The notes below the pieces were generated by a model that was not told the DNA's origin, made no database searches, and was given only the letters and a program-made list of their open reading frames with translations. From IMG/VR virus record IMGVR_UViG_3300032285_003860: a stretch of 64,000 bases of DNA. The stretch is one strand, 5' to 3'. Positions 45,441-55,773 of the stretch are shown piece after piece (the first letter of the stretch is position 1; the number at the start of each line of letters is the position of its first letter). The stretch comes from a virus. Position numbers and translations under genes: made by a program.

Positions 45441-46538
45441 ATGAATACACCTGCATATATTGTCACAAGTGAGTCCATCACCATTGTGGTTGGTGGCAAA
45501 CCCTACACCGCCTCTGTTTCCAATGCCAACTTCCCCCAGATTAAGGAGCGCATTGTTAATGAGGATTTTGACGGCATTGAAGAACTGTTTGATACTGGAG
45601 CAGCAGTTGGTCAGTTCACCAACGGAAACATTGTTGTCCAGAATAACGCCGTCCTTTACAAAGGCGAGAATGTTGACAACCATGTTGTTGACCGCATCCT
45701 CGACTTTATGCGTCAGGGATTGCCCTACAAGCCTCTTTGCAACTTCCTTGACAAGTTGATGCAGAATCCTTCTCGTCGAGCCGTTCAGGAATTGTATCGT
45801 TTCCTTGAGCATAAGAAGATGCCCCTCACTCCTGATGGGAACTTCCTTGCTTACAAGAGTGTGCGTTCTGATTGGACTGACCACCATACTGGCAAGTTTT
45901 CTAATACTGTTGGTTCTGTATTGGAAATGACTCGTCAGGCAGTTTGCGATGACGCAAATATCGGTTGTTCTTATGGTTTTCATGCTGGTAGCTTGGATTA
46001 CGCCAAGAGTTTTGGCGGCGGTGATAGCCGTTTGCTGATTGTGGAAATTAACCCTGCTGATGTTGTTTCCATCCCGCACGATTGCAACTGCCAAAAGCTC
46101 CGCACCGCAAAGTATAAGGTTGTTGGCACTTTTGAGCGTCCCCTTGAGGAAGCACTCAATACGCAATACTCCCCCTGTGAAGATGATGGCGTTGAGTATG
46201 AGTGTGAAGATGAGAGCCTTTCTGTTGAAGATTCTTTTGAAGAAGGATATTCATTTGGTTGGGCAGATGCAGAGCATGGCTTTGACCAAGATGCAGATAC
46301 AACTCTTGAGGAAGTTCAGGATGGCAGGTTCAATGATGACGCTTTCATTGAAGGATATAACTCTGGCTACGAAGAATATCAGGGCGAGCATTTAACTCAA
46401 CCCTCTTGCGAAAAGAATAGCTGTTCTTGCAAGACCCCTGTTGCAAAGTCGAAGCCTAGTGTTAGTGAAACAACTCGCGCCAAACTTCGCGCTGCTGCAC
46501 TTCGCCAACGCCGTGACGACAATGGCAAATTTATCTAA
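45441..46538 (+). CDS. rIIB: rIIB-like protein
   Basis: FLDKLMQNPS..AV.ELY.FL, TPDG.FLAYK.V, EM.R..V.DD....CS.G.H, V.INPADVVSIP.D....K.R..KY.V. Confidence 0.9.
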   Translation: MNTPAYIVTSESITIVVGGKPYTASVSNANFPQIKERIVNEDFDGIEELFDTGAAVGQFTNGNIVVQNNAVLYKGENVDNHVVDRILDFMRQGLPYKPLCNFLDKLMQNPSRRAVQELYRFLEHKKMPLTPDGNFLAYKSVRSDWTDHHTGKFSNTVGSVLEMTRQAVCDDANIGCSYGFHAGSLDYAKSFGGGDSRLLIVEINPADVVSIPHDCNCQKLRTAKYKVVGTFERPLEEALNTQYSPCEDDGVEYECEDESLSVEDSFEEGYSFGWADAEHGFDQDADTTLEEVQDGRFNDDAFIEGYNSGYEEYQGEHLTQPSCEKNSCSCKTPVAKSKPSVSETTRAKLRAAALRQRRDDNGKFI

Positions 46539-46559
46539 AGCTAGGTAAAAACGAACACG

Positions 46560-46591
46560 ATGCCGCCGACTTAATTGTTGGCGGCATTTTT
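46560..46591 (+). terminator. Intrinsic terminator between rIIB and rIIA
   Basis: ATGCCGCCGAC/GTTGGCGGCAT plus T-tract. Confidence 0.85.
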
Positions 46592-46705
46592 ATTTAATTT
46601 TAATTACGCAAAAACATTTTATCTTTTTTCTAAAACCCCTTGACAAAAGATGAAAGGTCTGGCATATTGGTCATGTCAGTTAAACCTATTTAAACAAAAC
46701 CTATT

Positions 46706-48787
46706 ATGATTACTATCGAAAAACCTAACAATGTAGTTTCCTCTGGAATTAAAAACGCCGTTTCTTTTGGCATCAAACAGGAAGGTCTTGCACACATCTT
46801 CTCTGTTCTTCGCAACCAACTTTATTCTGATAAGATTCTTGCCGTTATCCGCGAGTATTCGACCAATGCTGTTGACGCTCATGTTGAAGCTGGTAAGGCA
46901 TCGTTGCCCATTCATGTGACTCTCCCCTCGCGTTTCAACTCTGTTTTCAAGGTGCGCGATTTTGGTTTGGGTCTTTCCGAACAGGACATTCAAGACATTT
47001 ATGCGTTCTATGGTGAATCTACCAAACGCAAGAGCAACCAGATGATTGGGCAGCTTGGTCTGGGCAGCAAATCTGCCTTTGCCTATGGTGATAACTTTGT
47101 TATTACTGCTTTTGTGGATGGCGTAAAGACCACTTACAACGCCTTTATTGACCCCTCGCAGATTGGTCAGATTGCTAAACTCACCTCTGAAAAGACCACG
47201 GAAGAAAACGGAGTAGAAATTTCTATTGCCGTCAAGGATTATGATGTTCAATCTTTCCATGACAAGGCTAATAATTTATTTCGTTATTTTAAAGTGAAGC
47301 CTGTGGTTAATGGTTCCCAAGTTAAGTATGATGAATCTGAACCCATCATGCAAGGAGCAGATTGGAAAATTACTGGCAAGTCCAATACTTCCATTGCCAT
47401 CATGGGCAACATTGGATACCCGATTGACAATCACTTTACTGGCGATGAAAACATTACCAATGCGTTGACTTGTGGGATTGAAGTTGACTTTGCGATTGGC
47501 GACTTGGAAATTTCCGCTTCACGCGAAAAGCTCCAATTTACTGACCGCACCAAGAAAGCTATCAAAGACAAGATGACTCGCATCATTGGTGAAGTGTCCA
47601 CCGAATTGAATAACAGGTTCAAGTCTTGCCAAACGATGTTTGACGCTCACAAACTGTATGGCGAAGTGATGGACTATGGCAGCAACCTGTATATGCTTCG
47701 CAACCTTGTCAAGAGCAATCTTGTTTTCAATGGCGTGAAGATTAACTCTGCGAACATTGGCTTTAATCCTCCTACGGATGGTAGCTATGCAGTCAAGACC
47801 TATGAAAAGACTTGGCGTGGCAACAAAGTTCGCTCTTATGAATCGCATGGTATTCAATGCAACGCAAACACTTTGCTGATTGACAATGACTTGAATATCA
47901 GTTCTGCAATCGTAAATCGTGTTCACACGCCCATTTCTAATGGTAAAAAAGTTTGGCTGTTGACTTATCGCACTCCTGCTGATAAAGCCAAGTTCCTCTC
48001 TGATACTGGTTTGATTGAAGCAAACTTTGTCAAATTGAGTTCGTTGCCCAAAATTAGTTTGTCAACTGGCAGCACAAATACAGTCAAGAATACCAAACAT
48101 TCTAGCAAAGAGTTTGCTTATGACTTTGATTTTGCTGCCAATGCAAACAACTGGCATCGTAAGCAGAGTGACTTTTGGAAATCGGAAGATGTTGATGTTG
48201 CAAATGATTCGGGACTGTATGTTATCATTGACAAGTTTGAATTCAAGAATCAGGAAGGCAAGTTCACTTCTCCTTCAGACTTGAAAAGCATCATTAATTC
48301 CTTGAAACATTTTGGGATTGACATTACCAAAGTCTATGGCTTCAAGCAGAAGCATAAGGTTGAATTAAAAGACAATAAAAACATGGTCAACCTGTTTGAC
48401 TATATCTCTAGCGAGTTGACTATTTATTTTAATAAAAATAAAATCGCGCAGAAAGTTGCTGACCGCATTAACTATGATGCCAATGTGACTGATTGGACAA
48501 GGTTCATCCAGAAGAATAGTGGCAAGGCAAATGCTAATACCCTGTTCCGTAAGACTGCCCTGATTGCCGACAAGATGCAGCACAAGAGCGATAAGGTTGT
48601 CTTGGATGCGGCGGTTCAATGGAAAGCATACTACAAGCCTGTTGCCGCTTCTAATGACATGGGAAAGCTCATGGAGGCACTTATGGAAACTTATCCCTTG
48701 TTCAATAGCATCTCCATCTGGCGCGATGAGTCTGATAAGAGCAAGACTGAAGCAATCATGCAGTATGTCAACTTGATTGATGGCTAA
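46706..48787 (+). CDS. rIIA: rIIA-like protein (GHKL ATPase N-terminus)
   Basis: LYSDKILAVIREYSTNAVDAH, VRDFGLGL, STK..SN..IG.LGLGSKSAFAY, SASRE.L. Confidence 0.92.
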   Translation: MITIEKPNNVVSSGIKNAVSFGIKQEGLAHIFSVLRNQLYSDKILAVIREYSTNAVDAHVEAGKASLPIHVTLPSRFNSVFKVRDFGLGLSEQDIQDIYAFYGESTKRKSNQMIGQLGLGSKSAFAYGDNFVITAFVDGVKTTYNAFIDPSQIGQIAKLTSEKTTEENGVEISIAVKDYDVQSFHDKANNLFRYFKVKPVVNGSQVKYDESEPIMQGADWKITGKSNTSIAIMGNIGYPIDNHFTGDENITNALTCGIEVDFAIGDLEISASREKLQFTDRTKKAIKDKMTRIIGEVSTELNNRFKSCQTMFDAHKLYGEVMDYGSNLYMLRNLVKSNLVFNGVKINSANIGFNPPTDGSYAVKTYEKTWRGNKVRSYESHGIQCNANTLLIDNDLNISSAIVNRVHTPISNGKKVWLLTYRTPADKAKFLSDTGLIEANFVKLSSLPKISLSTGSTNTVKNTKHSSKEFAYDFDFAANANNWHRKQSDFWKSEDVDVANDSGLYVIIDKFEFKNQEGKFTSPSDLKSIINSLKHFGIDITKVYGFKQKHKVELKDNKNMVNLFDYISSELTIYFNKNKIAQKVADRINYDANVTDWTRFIQKNSGKANANTLFRKTALIADKMQHKSDKVVLDAAVQWKAYYKPVAASNDMGKLMEALMETYPLFNSISIWRDESDKSKTEAIMQYVNLIDG

Positions 48788-48794
48788 AGAATCT

Positions 48795-48875
48795 GCTGGT
48801 GATTCGTTAGTAGGTCATCGAATCACCAGCTTTAAAATGGGGGAGAGTGAATTAGTAGGTTTTTTCACTCTCCCC
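48795..48875. repeat. Twin 12-bp hairpins sharing loop TTAGTAGGT
   Basis: GCTGGTGATTCG-TTAGTAGGTCAT-CGAATCACCAGC and GGGGAGAGTGAA-TTAGTAGGTTTT-TTCACTCTCCCC. Confidence 0.9.
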
Positions 48876-48910
48876 TTGACTTTCATAAAAAATTATATTA
48901 TATTTTAATT

Positions 48911-49663
48911 ATGCAACAACTTGATTTCATTTCAATCGCTCCCTCCATTTCACCTGTTAGCGAACAGTTTGACCTCTGGAATCTCAAGATGGATTCCAAG
49001 AACAAAATTCGCGCCAACATTAGCTATAACAAAGTTGAGAAATTCTTCAACTCATTAGATTCAGAAGTAATTAAAAATTATAAAAATTATTGGCAGTCAG
49101 TTGCACCTGTTACTGATTCAGAAAAATTTCAGCGTTGGTTGTTTGCGTTTATGTCTGTGCATACAAGTTGGGAATCGAATCTGCGCGGCTATCAGGCAAT
49201 CAAAGACTGGACTATGTGGTTCAATCACCCTGACAAGCTAAAAGCTCTCCTAGAGGAGAGCAGGGTTGGTTTGCACAATAACCGCACTCGCTTTGTTGAT
49301 ACCTTCTCCAAACAATTTTGGAGCAATTCATTAAAATTTAATAAATTATCTTCTGAATCTTGGGCAACTTATCGCAATCGTCTTGAGAAAATGATTCTTG
49401 GTTTGGGAATGGCTAAAACAAGTTTTGGATTGGAGATGATTTATCCTAATGAGTGCGAAGTGACTTGCATGGATACTCACCTATTTCAACTGTATGGGCT
49501 TGACCAAACACGCGACTCCGCGCACTATGAGGCTATTGAGCAGCATTGGATTAGTATGTGCAAAGCATGGAATGTGCCAAGCTATGTTGCGCGTTGCATC
49601 TGGTGGGATAAAAATCAAAACAAGACTGACTCAAGATACTGGAGTTATGTGCTGGAAAATTAA
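48911..49663 (+). CDS. HhH-superfamily DNA N-glycosylase/AP lyase (Ogg-like)
   Basis: HhH motif ILGLGMAKTSF followed by catalytic Asp in CMDTH. Confidence 0.7.
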   Translation: MQQLDFISIAPSISPVSEQFDLWNLKMDSKNKIRANISYNKVEKFFNSLDSEVIKNYKNYWQSVAPVTDSEKFQRWLFAFMSVHTSWESNLRGYQAIKDWTMWFNHPDKLKALLEESRVGLHNNRTRFVDTFSKQFWSNSLKFNKLSSESWATYRNRLEKMILGLGMAKTSFGLEMIYPNECEVTCMDTHLFQLYGLDQTRDSAHYEAIEQHWISMCKAWNVPSYVARCIWWDKNQNKTDSRYWSYVLEN

Positions 49664-50008
49664 AAATTAAAATATATATGATTAACAAAATTATCAAATT
49701 CCTAAAAGAACTATTCTGTTGCCCTGTTGGGTATGAAGATGAGACTGGTTTCCATTATGGCGAACCTCCTGTCACGAAAAAAGAGAAAACTGTCTTGACA
49801 AAAAAGAAAATTCATCCATACTAGAGATATGAAATATAAAATTCCCTGCACTTGGTCAGTTTGTGGAGTATTGGAGATTGAAGCTGCCTCACTTGATGAA
49901 GCAGTTATAGAAGCCGAAATTGCTCCATTGCCTACTGAATTTGATTATATTGATGGTAGTTTTGAAGTGAATGAACCAATGTTAAAATTTTATAACAAAG
50001 AATAATTT

Positions 50009-50305
50009 ATGGATTACACCGACAAACAGTTGAAAGAAGCATTATCAAAGATGCTGCCAGAGAAAACTGTTCAATTAGTTCCTTATGGTAGAGAAGATAA
50101 TTTGATTTTGTGTTGGGATTTCAACAAACAGCCAATTTTGAATAATGAACTGCTAGACCTCTGCAATCAGGTTGAATTGACTCTTTCTTGGTCAGAGTAT
50201 TCAGTTTTCAGAAAAGGATTAATGAATCAACTAATGAGGATTGAATCAGCATCATGGCAGCAGCGTGTAAAGTCACTCGCAATAACAAAAGGGATTAAGA
50301 TATGA
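50009..50305 (+). CDS. Hypothetical protein
   Basis: ASWQQR..L C-terminal motif. Confidence 0.55.
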   Translation: MDYTDKQLKEALSKMLPEKTVQLVPYGREDNLILCWDFNKQPILNNELLDLCNQVELTLSWSEYSVFRKGLMNQLMRIESASWQQRVKSLAITKGIKI

Positions 50306-50694
50306 ACTACACCGAACTGGAACAGAAAATTGGCAAACAAACCGAATCAGACTGGCATCAGGCATCTGGTGGCGGATGGATTCATAAAGATGCCAAAGTC
50401 AAAAACGAATTAAACATCCGTGACAATGCAATCGTGATGGGCAATGCGCAGGTCTATGGCGATGCGCGGGTCTATGGCGATGCGTGGGTCTATGACGATG
50501 CGCGGGTCTATGACGATGCGCGGGTCTATGGCAATGCGTTGGTCTATGGCGATGCGTGTGTCTATGACAATGCGCAGGTCTATGGCAATGCGCAGGTCTA
50601 TGACGATGCGCGGGTCTATGGCAATGCGCAGGTCTATGGCGATGCGTTGGTCTATAGCCATGCGTGGGTCTATGGCAAAAGTGAAAGGGATTGA
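50302..50694 (+). CDS. Hexapeptide-repeat (left-handed beta-helix) protein
   Basis: 13 x VY(G/D)(D/N)Ax repeats. Confidence 0.85.
   Translation: MNYTELEQKIGKQTESDWHQASGGGWIHKDAKVKNELNIRDNAIVMGNAQVYGDARVYGDAWVYDDARVYDDARVYGNALVYGDACVYDNAQVYGNAQVYDDARVYGNAQVYGDALVYSHAWVYGKSERD
50440..50676 (+). repeat. 18-bp coding tandem repeat (~13 copies)
   Basis: Unit GTCTATG(G/A)C(G/A)ATGCGNNN. Confidence 0.9.
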
Positions 50695-50697
50695 GAT

Positions 50698-51123
50698 ATG
50701 AGATATACTCCTGATAACATTACTAGTTTGGCTAAAAATGAAGTGTTCGTATTTGGCAGCAATGAATCTGGAATTCATGGTGCTGGTGCTGCTCGCCTTG
50801 CCAATGAAAAGTTTGAAGCAAGGATGGGGCAGGGATTTGGTTTTCAGGGAAAGTGTTTTGCTATTCCCACAAAGGATTGGATTATCCGTCCTCTGCCCAT
50901 TAATATAATTAATTTTTATGTTGAGCGTTTTCTTCACTTTGCAACAAAATGTCCTGACTCCATTTTTCTAGTGACGAAAATTGGTTGTGGATTGGCGGGG
51001 CATAGTGTTAGAGATATTGCACCATTGTTTTTCCAGTATGGCAAACCTAAAGACAACATCATTATGCCAGAAGATTTTTGGATAGCCATGCAGGAGGAAG
51101 CAAATTATGATTGTATCTCTTGA
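50698..51123 (+). CDS. Conserved phage protein (A1S_2505-like, macrodomain-related)
   Basis: EVFVFGSNESGIHGAGAA, YAIPT-like FAIPTK, FLVTKIGCGLAG. Confidence 0.85.
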   Translation: MRYTPDNITSLAKNEVFVFGSNESGIHGAGAARLANEKFEARMGQGFGFQGKCFAIPTKDWIIRPLPINIINFYVERFLHFATKCPDSIFLVTKIGCGLAGHSVRDIAPLFFQYGKPKDNIIMPEDFWIAMQEEANYDCIS

Positions 51124-51301
51124 AACATTCAATGGGGACAAAGATGAATTTACTAATTTTAAATTTCATTTGGAAAATGCCAAGTCCCACCTGAATACTT
51201 GCATATTGTTTGGGGCAAGGGATAACAAACTACTAGAGGAACTGGATGATATTAATTATTATTTGAGAGACATTGTGGTAAAAGACCTTGACAAAGAATG
51301 A
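51107..51301 (+). CDS. Hypothetical protein
   Basis: Overlapping ORF. Confidence 0.45.
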   Translation: MIVSLETFNGDKDEFTNFKFHLENAKSHLNTCILFGARDNKLLEELDDINYYLRDIVVKDLDKE

Positions 51302-51604
51302 GAAGCTGGTATATTTGATTATATGAATAAAAGATTTATTGTTGAACATGGTTTGCCTAAAACTGTTTTAAATGGTGAGACTGTTGGAGATTTGTCTCGT
51401 TATTTAGAAAAAGACCCACATCCAGAATATCGTTTAGTTAATTGTCAATGGATTAGTGGAACATATCAATTAGTTTGGGAATTAATTTAATTTTTAATTA
51501 TATGAGTGACAATTTAAATTTTTGGCTATATGAATTGATGGTTACTTTGTTTATCTCTAGCGTATTAACATTAATTGGTTTAGGAATTTATTTTATTTAA
51601 TTAT

Positions 51605-51859
51605 ATGAACTGTGGATGCGGAAATTCTATTCACCCAGAGAGATTATCTCTTGGATTTAAAGTGTGCGTCATTTGCGGCGAGAAGTTTGCCCAAGCAAAG
51701 AAAAAGTTTGGCTATGTGTCCTATGGGCATAAGACTGCTGGAGCAATCGTGATTACCTCCAAAGCAGCATTTGACAATTACAAAACAGTATCCTCGCGCA
51801 TGGCAAAGGGGAGCAACATGGGATTTGCTTCCAGAGTGGGAACATTAATTGCAGCTTAA
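51605..51859 (+). CDS. DksA/TraR-like C4 zinc-finger protein
   Basis: CGCG..I.PERL.....CV.C. Confidence 0.6.
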   Translation: MNCGCGNSIHPERLSLGFKVCVICGEKFAQAKKKFGYVSYGHKTAGAIVITSKAAFDNYKTVSSRMAKGSNMGFASRVGTLIAA

Positions 51860-51863
51860 TTTT

Positions 51864-52535
51864 ATGGACTGTAATCACCAACCAGAAGAAAAACTTGACA
51901 ATCTTCCCAAGTTTGAGAAGTTCCAAGATGATGATTACTTTGACAATTATTGGGGCAAAAAATTGCCATACACTAGACTGAAAAGATGGGTTGAAAGTCA
52001 AGAAGGAAATCACATTGATGGAGTATTTCATAAGTTTGTCAATTTGAAATGGCTATTGCCCGAATACCGCACCAAACAGCATTTTCGTAATCATGTAGAA
52101 GTTGATACTTTCATTGGTGAAGATAATAAAATTTATTATAATTCAAAGTATTGTTGGAGAACAAAAAGTGCAATGCCAGTTGAAGGCAACACAAAAACTA
52201 TTTATGTTCATCCCAAAACTCGCCTAATTTGCATTTATCGCCCCCAAACTCGTAAAAGTTACAAGAGTAAATGGTTGGAGGAACGCAACAAAAAAGTTCG
52301 CATCTTGGGAGCATTTGACCAATTATACAAAGATAATGGCATTTGGTATCATGTTCAAGCTGAACCTGTAATTGACTTTACCAAAACATCTTTGCATGAT
52401 GCGCGACTTGGCAGGAAAAAATCAGATTCAATCTTGCTTGAAACAACAAACTCTGATGGTAGCTTTGTTAAAATTACCTTGAAACGCCAACTAAATGGCA
52501 AAGAATTAAAAAAATTTAATTTAATTAACGATTAG
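51864..52535 (+). CDS. Hypothetical protein
   Basis: YVHPKT; KRQLNGKELKK C-terminal motif. Confidence 0.65.
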   Translation: MDCNHQPEEKLDNLPKFEKFQDDDYFDNYWGKKLPYTRLKRWVESQEGNHIDGVFHKFVNLKWLLPEYRTKQHFRNHVEVDTFIGEDNKIYYNSKYCWRTKSAMPVEGNTKTIYVHPKTRLICIYRPQTRKSYKSKWLEERNKKVRILGAFDQLYKDNGIWYHVQAEPVIDFTKTSLHDARLGRKKSDSILLETTNSDGSFVKITLKRQLNGKELKKFNLIND

Positions 52536-52707
52536 CATGGGTAATATAGATGATGAAGATATTAATAGGTTTGTGTGCAATTTTGTCTGTGGTTTTTTTA
52601 TTTAGCTGTGCTTGGGCTTTTTTTGTGCGTTGGTGGGATGGTGATGCCAATGATGATGACTATACTTAACTCTTGACAAAAGAAAAAAAGTCTTATATAG
52701 TTAAGGT

Positions 52708-52893
52708 ATGGAAAACAAAAGTTTATATGAAATTCACTATGAAATTTCAGCTAGGCTGTTAGAAAACCTTGAAACTGATATGGAAGGTTATGCTGGTCGA
52801 AACTGGCAGGATGAGTATAAAGGCTACAACAACTTGTCAACAATGGAAAAGATAAATGTCGTTTCGGTGGCATTGGAGCAATACAAAGATTAA
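52708..52893 (+). CDS. Hypothetical protein
   Basis: Leaderless-type promoter. Confidence 0.55.
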   Translation: MENKSLYEIHYEISARLLENLETDMEGYAGRNWQDEYKGYNNLSTMEKINVVSVALEQYKD

Positions 52894-52896
52894 CCT

Positions 52897-53226
52897 ATGA
52901 ATACTCTTAAAGAAGAATACTCTGAATACTTGAGTGAAGTTAGGAAACTTAACAAACTATATTTAAAAAAATGGCAGGAGTATTTTGAATCTTATGGATT
53001 TAAAATTTTTAATGTTTGCCTTCTTGAATATGGAAACAGTTTTGAGATGGAATATGCAGGAAAAAAGTTTTATGTGTCTGCCCAACCTAACAGGTATCAG
53101 GGAGTTACTGTAACATGGTTAGTTACAGTTGGTCAATATGGAGACGAATACGATTATAAAAAATTAATGTCTGAATCTGGGGCAATTAAATGGATGAAAC
53201 AACATAATGTTGGCAACCTTAATTAA
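52897..53226 (+). CDS. Hypothetical protein
   Basis: ORF. Confidence 0.55.
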   Translation: MNTLKEEYSEYLSEVRKLNKLYLKKWQEYFESYGFKIFNVCLLEYGNSFEMEYAGKKFYVSAQPNRYQGVTVTWLVTVGQYGDEYDYKKLMSESGAIKWMKQHNVGNLN

Positions 53227-53240
53227 AATTAATTATATTT

Positions 53241-53441
53241 ATGTTAGATTTATCAAAAGTTTGCGACCTCAAGATAGAGGATATTGACCACAGAGACTCT
53301 CCTGATTATTGCAACGCCTATATTAGCGAAGCATGGTTAGATGATGAAGGAAAATTGCGCGAGTTGACACAAGAAGAACTGAACTGGCTCAATGACCAAG
53401 ATGAATACAGGTATCAGCAAATTATGAAGTGGATTTATTAA
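53241..53441 (+). CDS. Conserved small phage protein
   Basis: ID.RD.PDYC.AYI..A....RELT.EEL..LN motif. Confidence 0.7.
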   Translation: MLDLSKVCDLKIEDIDHRDSPDYCNAYISEAWLDDEGKLRELTQEELNWLNDQDEYRYQQIMKWIY

Positions 53442-53445
53442 AATT

Positions 53446-53649
53446 ATGCACATTTCTGAACAATTCACCTTTCCTTTTGAAAAAGAATACCTTGTTGGTG
53501 ACAAAATTGTTATTAACGGCGATTCCGAACCCCTGTTAGTGGAAGAAGTGTTGGATGATAGGTTAATGGTCAGAGATTGGCGAACAGAAGAAGTCTATTC
53601 TGTAATGTTGAATGATTGCCGCCGCGCAAATGAGCTTGACTATCTTTAA
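53446..53649 (+). CDS. Hypothetical SH3-like protein
   Basis: QFTFPF, VGDKIVI. Confidence 0.5.
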   Translation: MHISEQFTFPFEKEYLVGDKIVINGDSEPLLVEEVLDDRLMVRDWRTEEVYSVMLNDCRRANELDYL

Positions 53650-53669
53650 AATTCCCGTAATATATTTAT

Positions 53670-54167
53670 ATGACTGCTGAACCAAAAGAATTGCCAATTT
53701 ATGTAATCACCAGTTCCAACTGGACAATGGAAGTGCAGATGGACGAATACAACTCAAAATTTGACATTGAATCACAAATCATGGAAGCAGGGACGATTGC
53801 GGTAGAAGTTTTTAAAGGAATCAAAGATAAACCTTTTTTACAAATGAACCCTGATTCTATCAATGATGAGCCTTATATGGGGACAACTATGCTCATTCAT
53901 CCCAAAGGTGCAGACCCCGATGATGCAGCAGTAGTTTTTACCCATGTGTGCTATGCCAATGTGGGACTCTACAAAGAGTCTTGGGAGCTTCAAAAGACCC
54001 TTGAAAAACAAATTGAGGACATTCAAAAAGACCAATTAGAAAAAGAGTTGCAGCGCAAAAAAGAACAAGAGGATTCTCTCAAGATGTTTGATGAATTAAA
54101 GAAGGAACTGGCAGCAAAGAAAAAGATTAAGAAAAAGAAGAAAACTGATGAAGATGACTCAATTTAA
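53670..54167 (+). CDS. Hypothetical protein with charged C-terminal coiled coil
   Basis: Own promoter; 165 aa. Confidence 0.6.
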   Translation: MTAEPKELPIYVITSSNWTMEVQMDEYNSKFDIESQIMEAGTIAVEVFKGIKDKPFLQMNPDSINDEPYMGTTMLIHPKGADPDDAAVVFTHVCYANVGLYKESWELQKTLEKQIEDIQKDQLEKELQRKKEQEDSLKMFDELKKELAAKKKIKKKKKTDEDDSI

Positions 54168-54185
54168 TTAAAATTTAATATAATT

Positions 54186-54470
54186 ATGAAATCTACCAAA
54201 AAGATATTAGAGAAGTTCACAGTTAATCAACTCAATAAATTAATTGAAAAAAATGTCCCTTGCATGGTCTATGAAAATTATCATGGTTGGATAATGGTAG
54301 AAAATTGGCAATGGTTGGAGCCTAATGAAAATTTTGCTGACCCTGAAAATGAAGATTACCAATACAGCGATGGGTCTTTTTGTGGGCTTGTTGCGGAAGC
54401 TGGTGGGCATCATTATCCATACATGACTCTTGGCAAAGTTATGGTGGGAAAAGAGATTAAAATTAAGTAA
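54186..54470 (+). CDS. Hypothetical protein
   Basis: ORF. Confidence 0.55.
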   Translation: MKSTKKILEKFTVNQLNKLIEKNVPCMVYENYHGWIMVENWQWLEPNENFADPENEDYQYSDGSFCGLVAEAGGHHYPYMTLGKVMVGKEIKIK

Positions 54471-54518
54471 CAAATTTACCAAGTGCAATGCTTGGCAATG
54501 AGGTGGGTTGGGAGAACT

Positions 54519-54553
54519 GGAGTGCTGACCTTTAAAAGTTGGCACTCCTTTTT
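54519..54553 (+). terminator. Intrinsic terminator
   Basis: GGAGTGCTGAC/GTTGGCACTCC plus TTTTT. Confidence 0.8.
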
Positions 54554-54593
54554 GTAATTAAAATTTAATATAATTAGATTTTGTATCTGAAAA

Positions 54594-54618
54594 GGGGCAA
54601 AGTGGGGCGGGATGGGGG
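54594..54618 (+). other. G-quadruplex-forming motif in long non-coding region
   Basis: GGGG-CAAAGT-GGGG-C-GGG-AT-GGGGG. Confidence 0.6.
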
Positions 54619-55282
54619 TATATGAGTATCTTTTGATATATATAGATAGGCTTTATAGATATATAAAACTCTTTTGTTATTAATTTATCCTATGTATTGA
54701 CCAATTACAGGAAGTAATTTTAAAATGTCAAGGGCGGGGCAACAAAGGGCTGGAAGTATTGATTAAGGATTAGATGGGGTAAGATACAAAAAAGGATAAT
54801 TTTATAGGTTTATTTTTTTAATTATAAATGCCCCCAAAAAACCCAAAATTTGAACAAAATTCTTCTTAAATAACCAACCTTAAACACATATAAATCAACG
54901 ATTTATACTGTTTCTCTTGACAAAGAATGAAATACAGCGTATATTTATCTCAAGGAAGGAAAAAAGCCAAAGACCAGAGTATAGTATAAGATGCCATAAT
55001 ATAAAGAAACAATTAATAAGTAGATACAGATACATAAAGGAATGTATATAGATATTTATTAATGATTATAAAATTGGGTCGTATGCGAAATTTATTTAAT
55101 TTATTATAATTTAATATAATTACATTCTTGTCAAACCTACTTTTGTTCATTCCCTACCTATGAAAACTATAAAGAAACATAATGTTTATCGTGTTATTAA
55201 TGGCAATATGGGCGTTTGGCATTTACCTAAAATCTGAAAAAAACTATTGACAAAAAATTAAAATTCTTATATATTTACTCCT

Positions 55283-55717
55283 ATGAATAATGTTATCCCT
55301 AGCTACAATCCTGAACAACATCAAATTCCTATCAAATGGTTTAATACTAATAAAATTAAACACATTAAGTTTGGAAAAAATGAAGAAATTATTAAAAACT
55401 GCATTACATCCAAATACCCCCAAAACTCAATAGTAATTAAGTTTCATACTGAAAAATTGGTTGAGGTGAACTTTATGGGCGTTCCCAAAGACCAAAATGG
55501 AGACTGGTGGAGCAAAAGAGTGCCGCGCCACAATGTGCTGGTCTATAAGAGTTCCACCAGAGTGCCTGATACCAATGGTGGATATACTTTTGTTCACTCA
55601 AAACACTTTGATGAATTGCAGTTTAAGACTGGAGTAAAAGTTAATAGAGATGAGGATTCCCTCCCATTAAATGAAATGATGACTTATATTAACTATATAA
55701 TTAAACAACTTGCATAA
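55283..55717 (+). CDS. Hypothetical protein
   Basis: Own promoter; 144 aa. Confidence 0.6.
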   Translation: MNNVIPSYNPEQHQIPIKWFNTNKIKHIKFGKNEEIIKNCITSKYPQNSIVIKFHTEKLVEVNFMGVPKDQNGDWWSKRVPRHNVLVYKSSTRVPDTNGGYTFVHSKHFDELQFKTGVKVNRDEDSLPLNEMMTYINYIIKQLA

Positions 55718-55773
55718 AATTTGAACAAAATAATTTTCAAATATGCTTGACTGTGATGTAATCTTATGGTAAG

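Noticed and set aside
45360-48619. Long antisense ORFs opposite rIIB and rIIA (268, 194, 135 aa)
   Set aside because: Expected shadows of strongly codon-biased sense genes; no motifs or promoters
50440-50676. CRISPR array or DGR template suggested by the 18-bp repeats
   Set aside because: Repeats are contiguous without spacers and encode an in-frame hexapeptide beta-helix; no cas or reverse transcriptase gene; the MAMR and IAID frames are shadows
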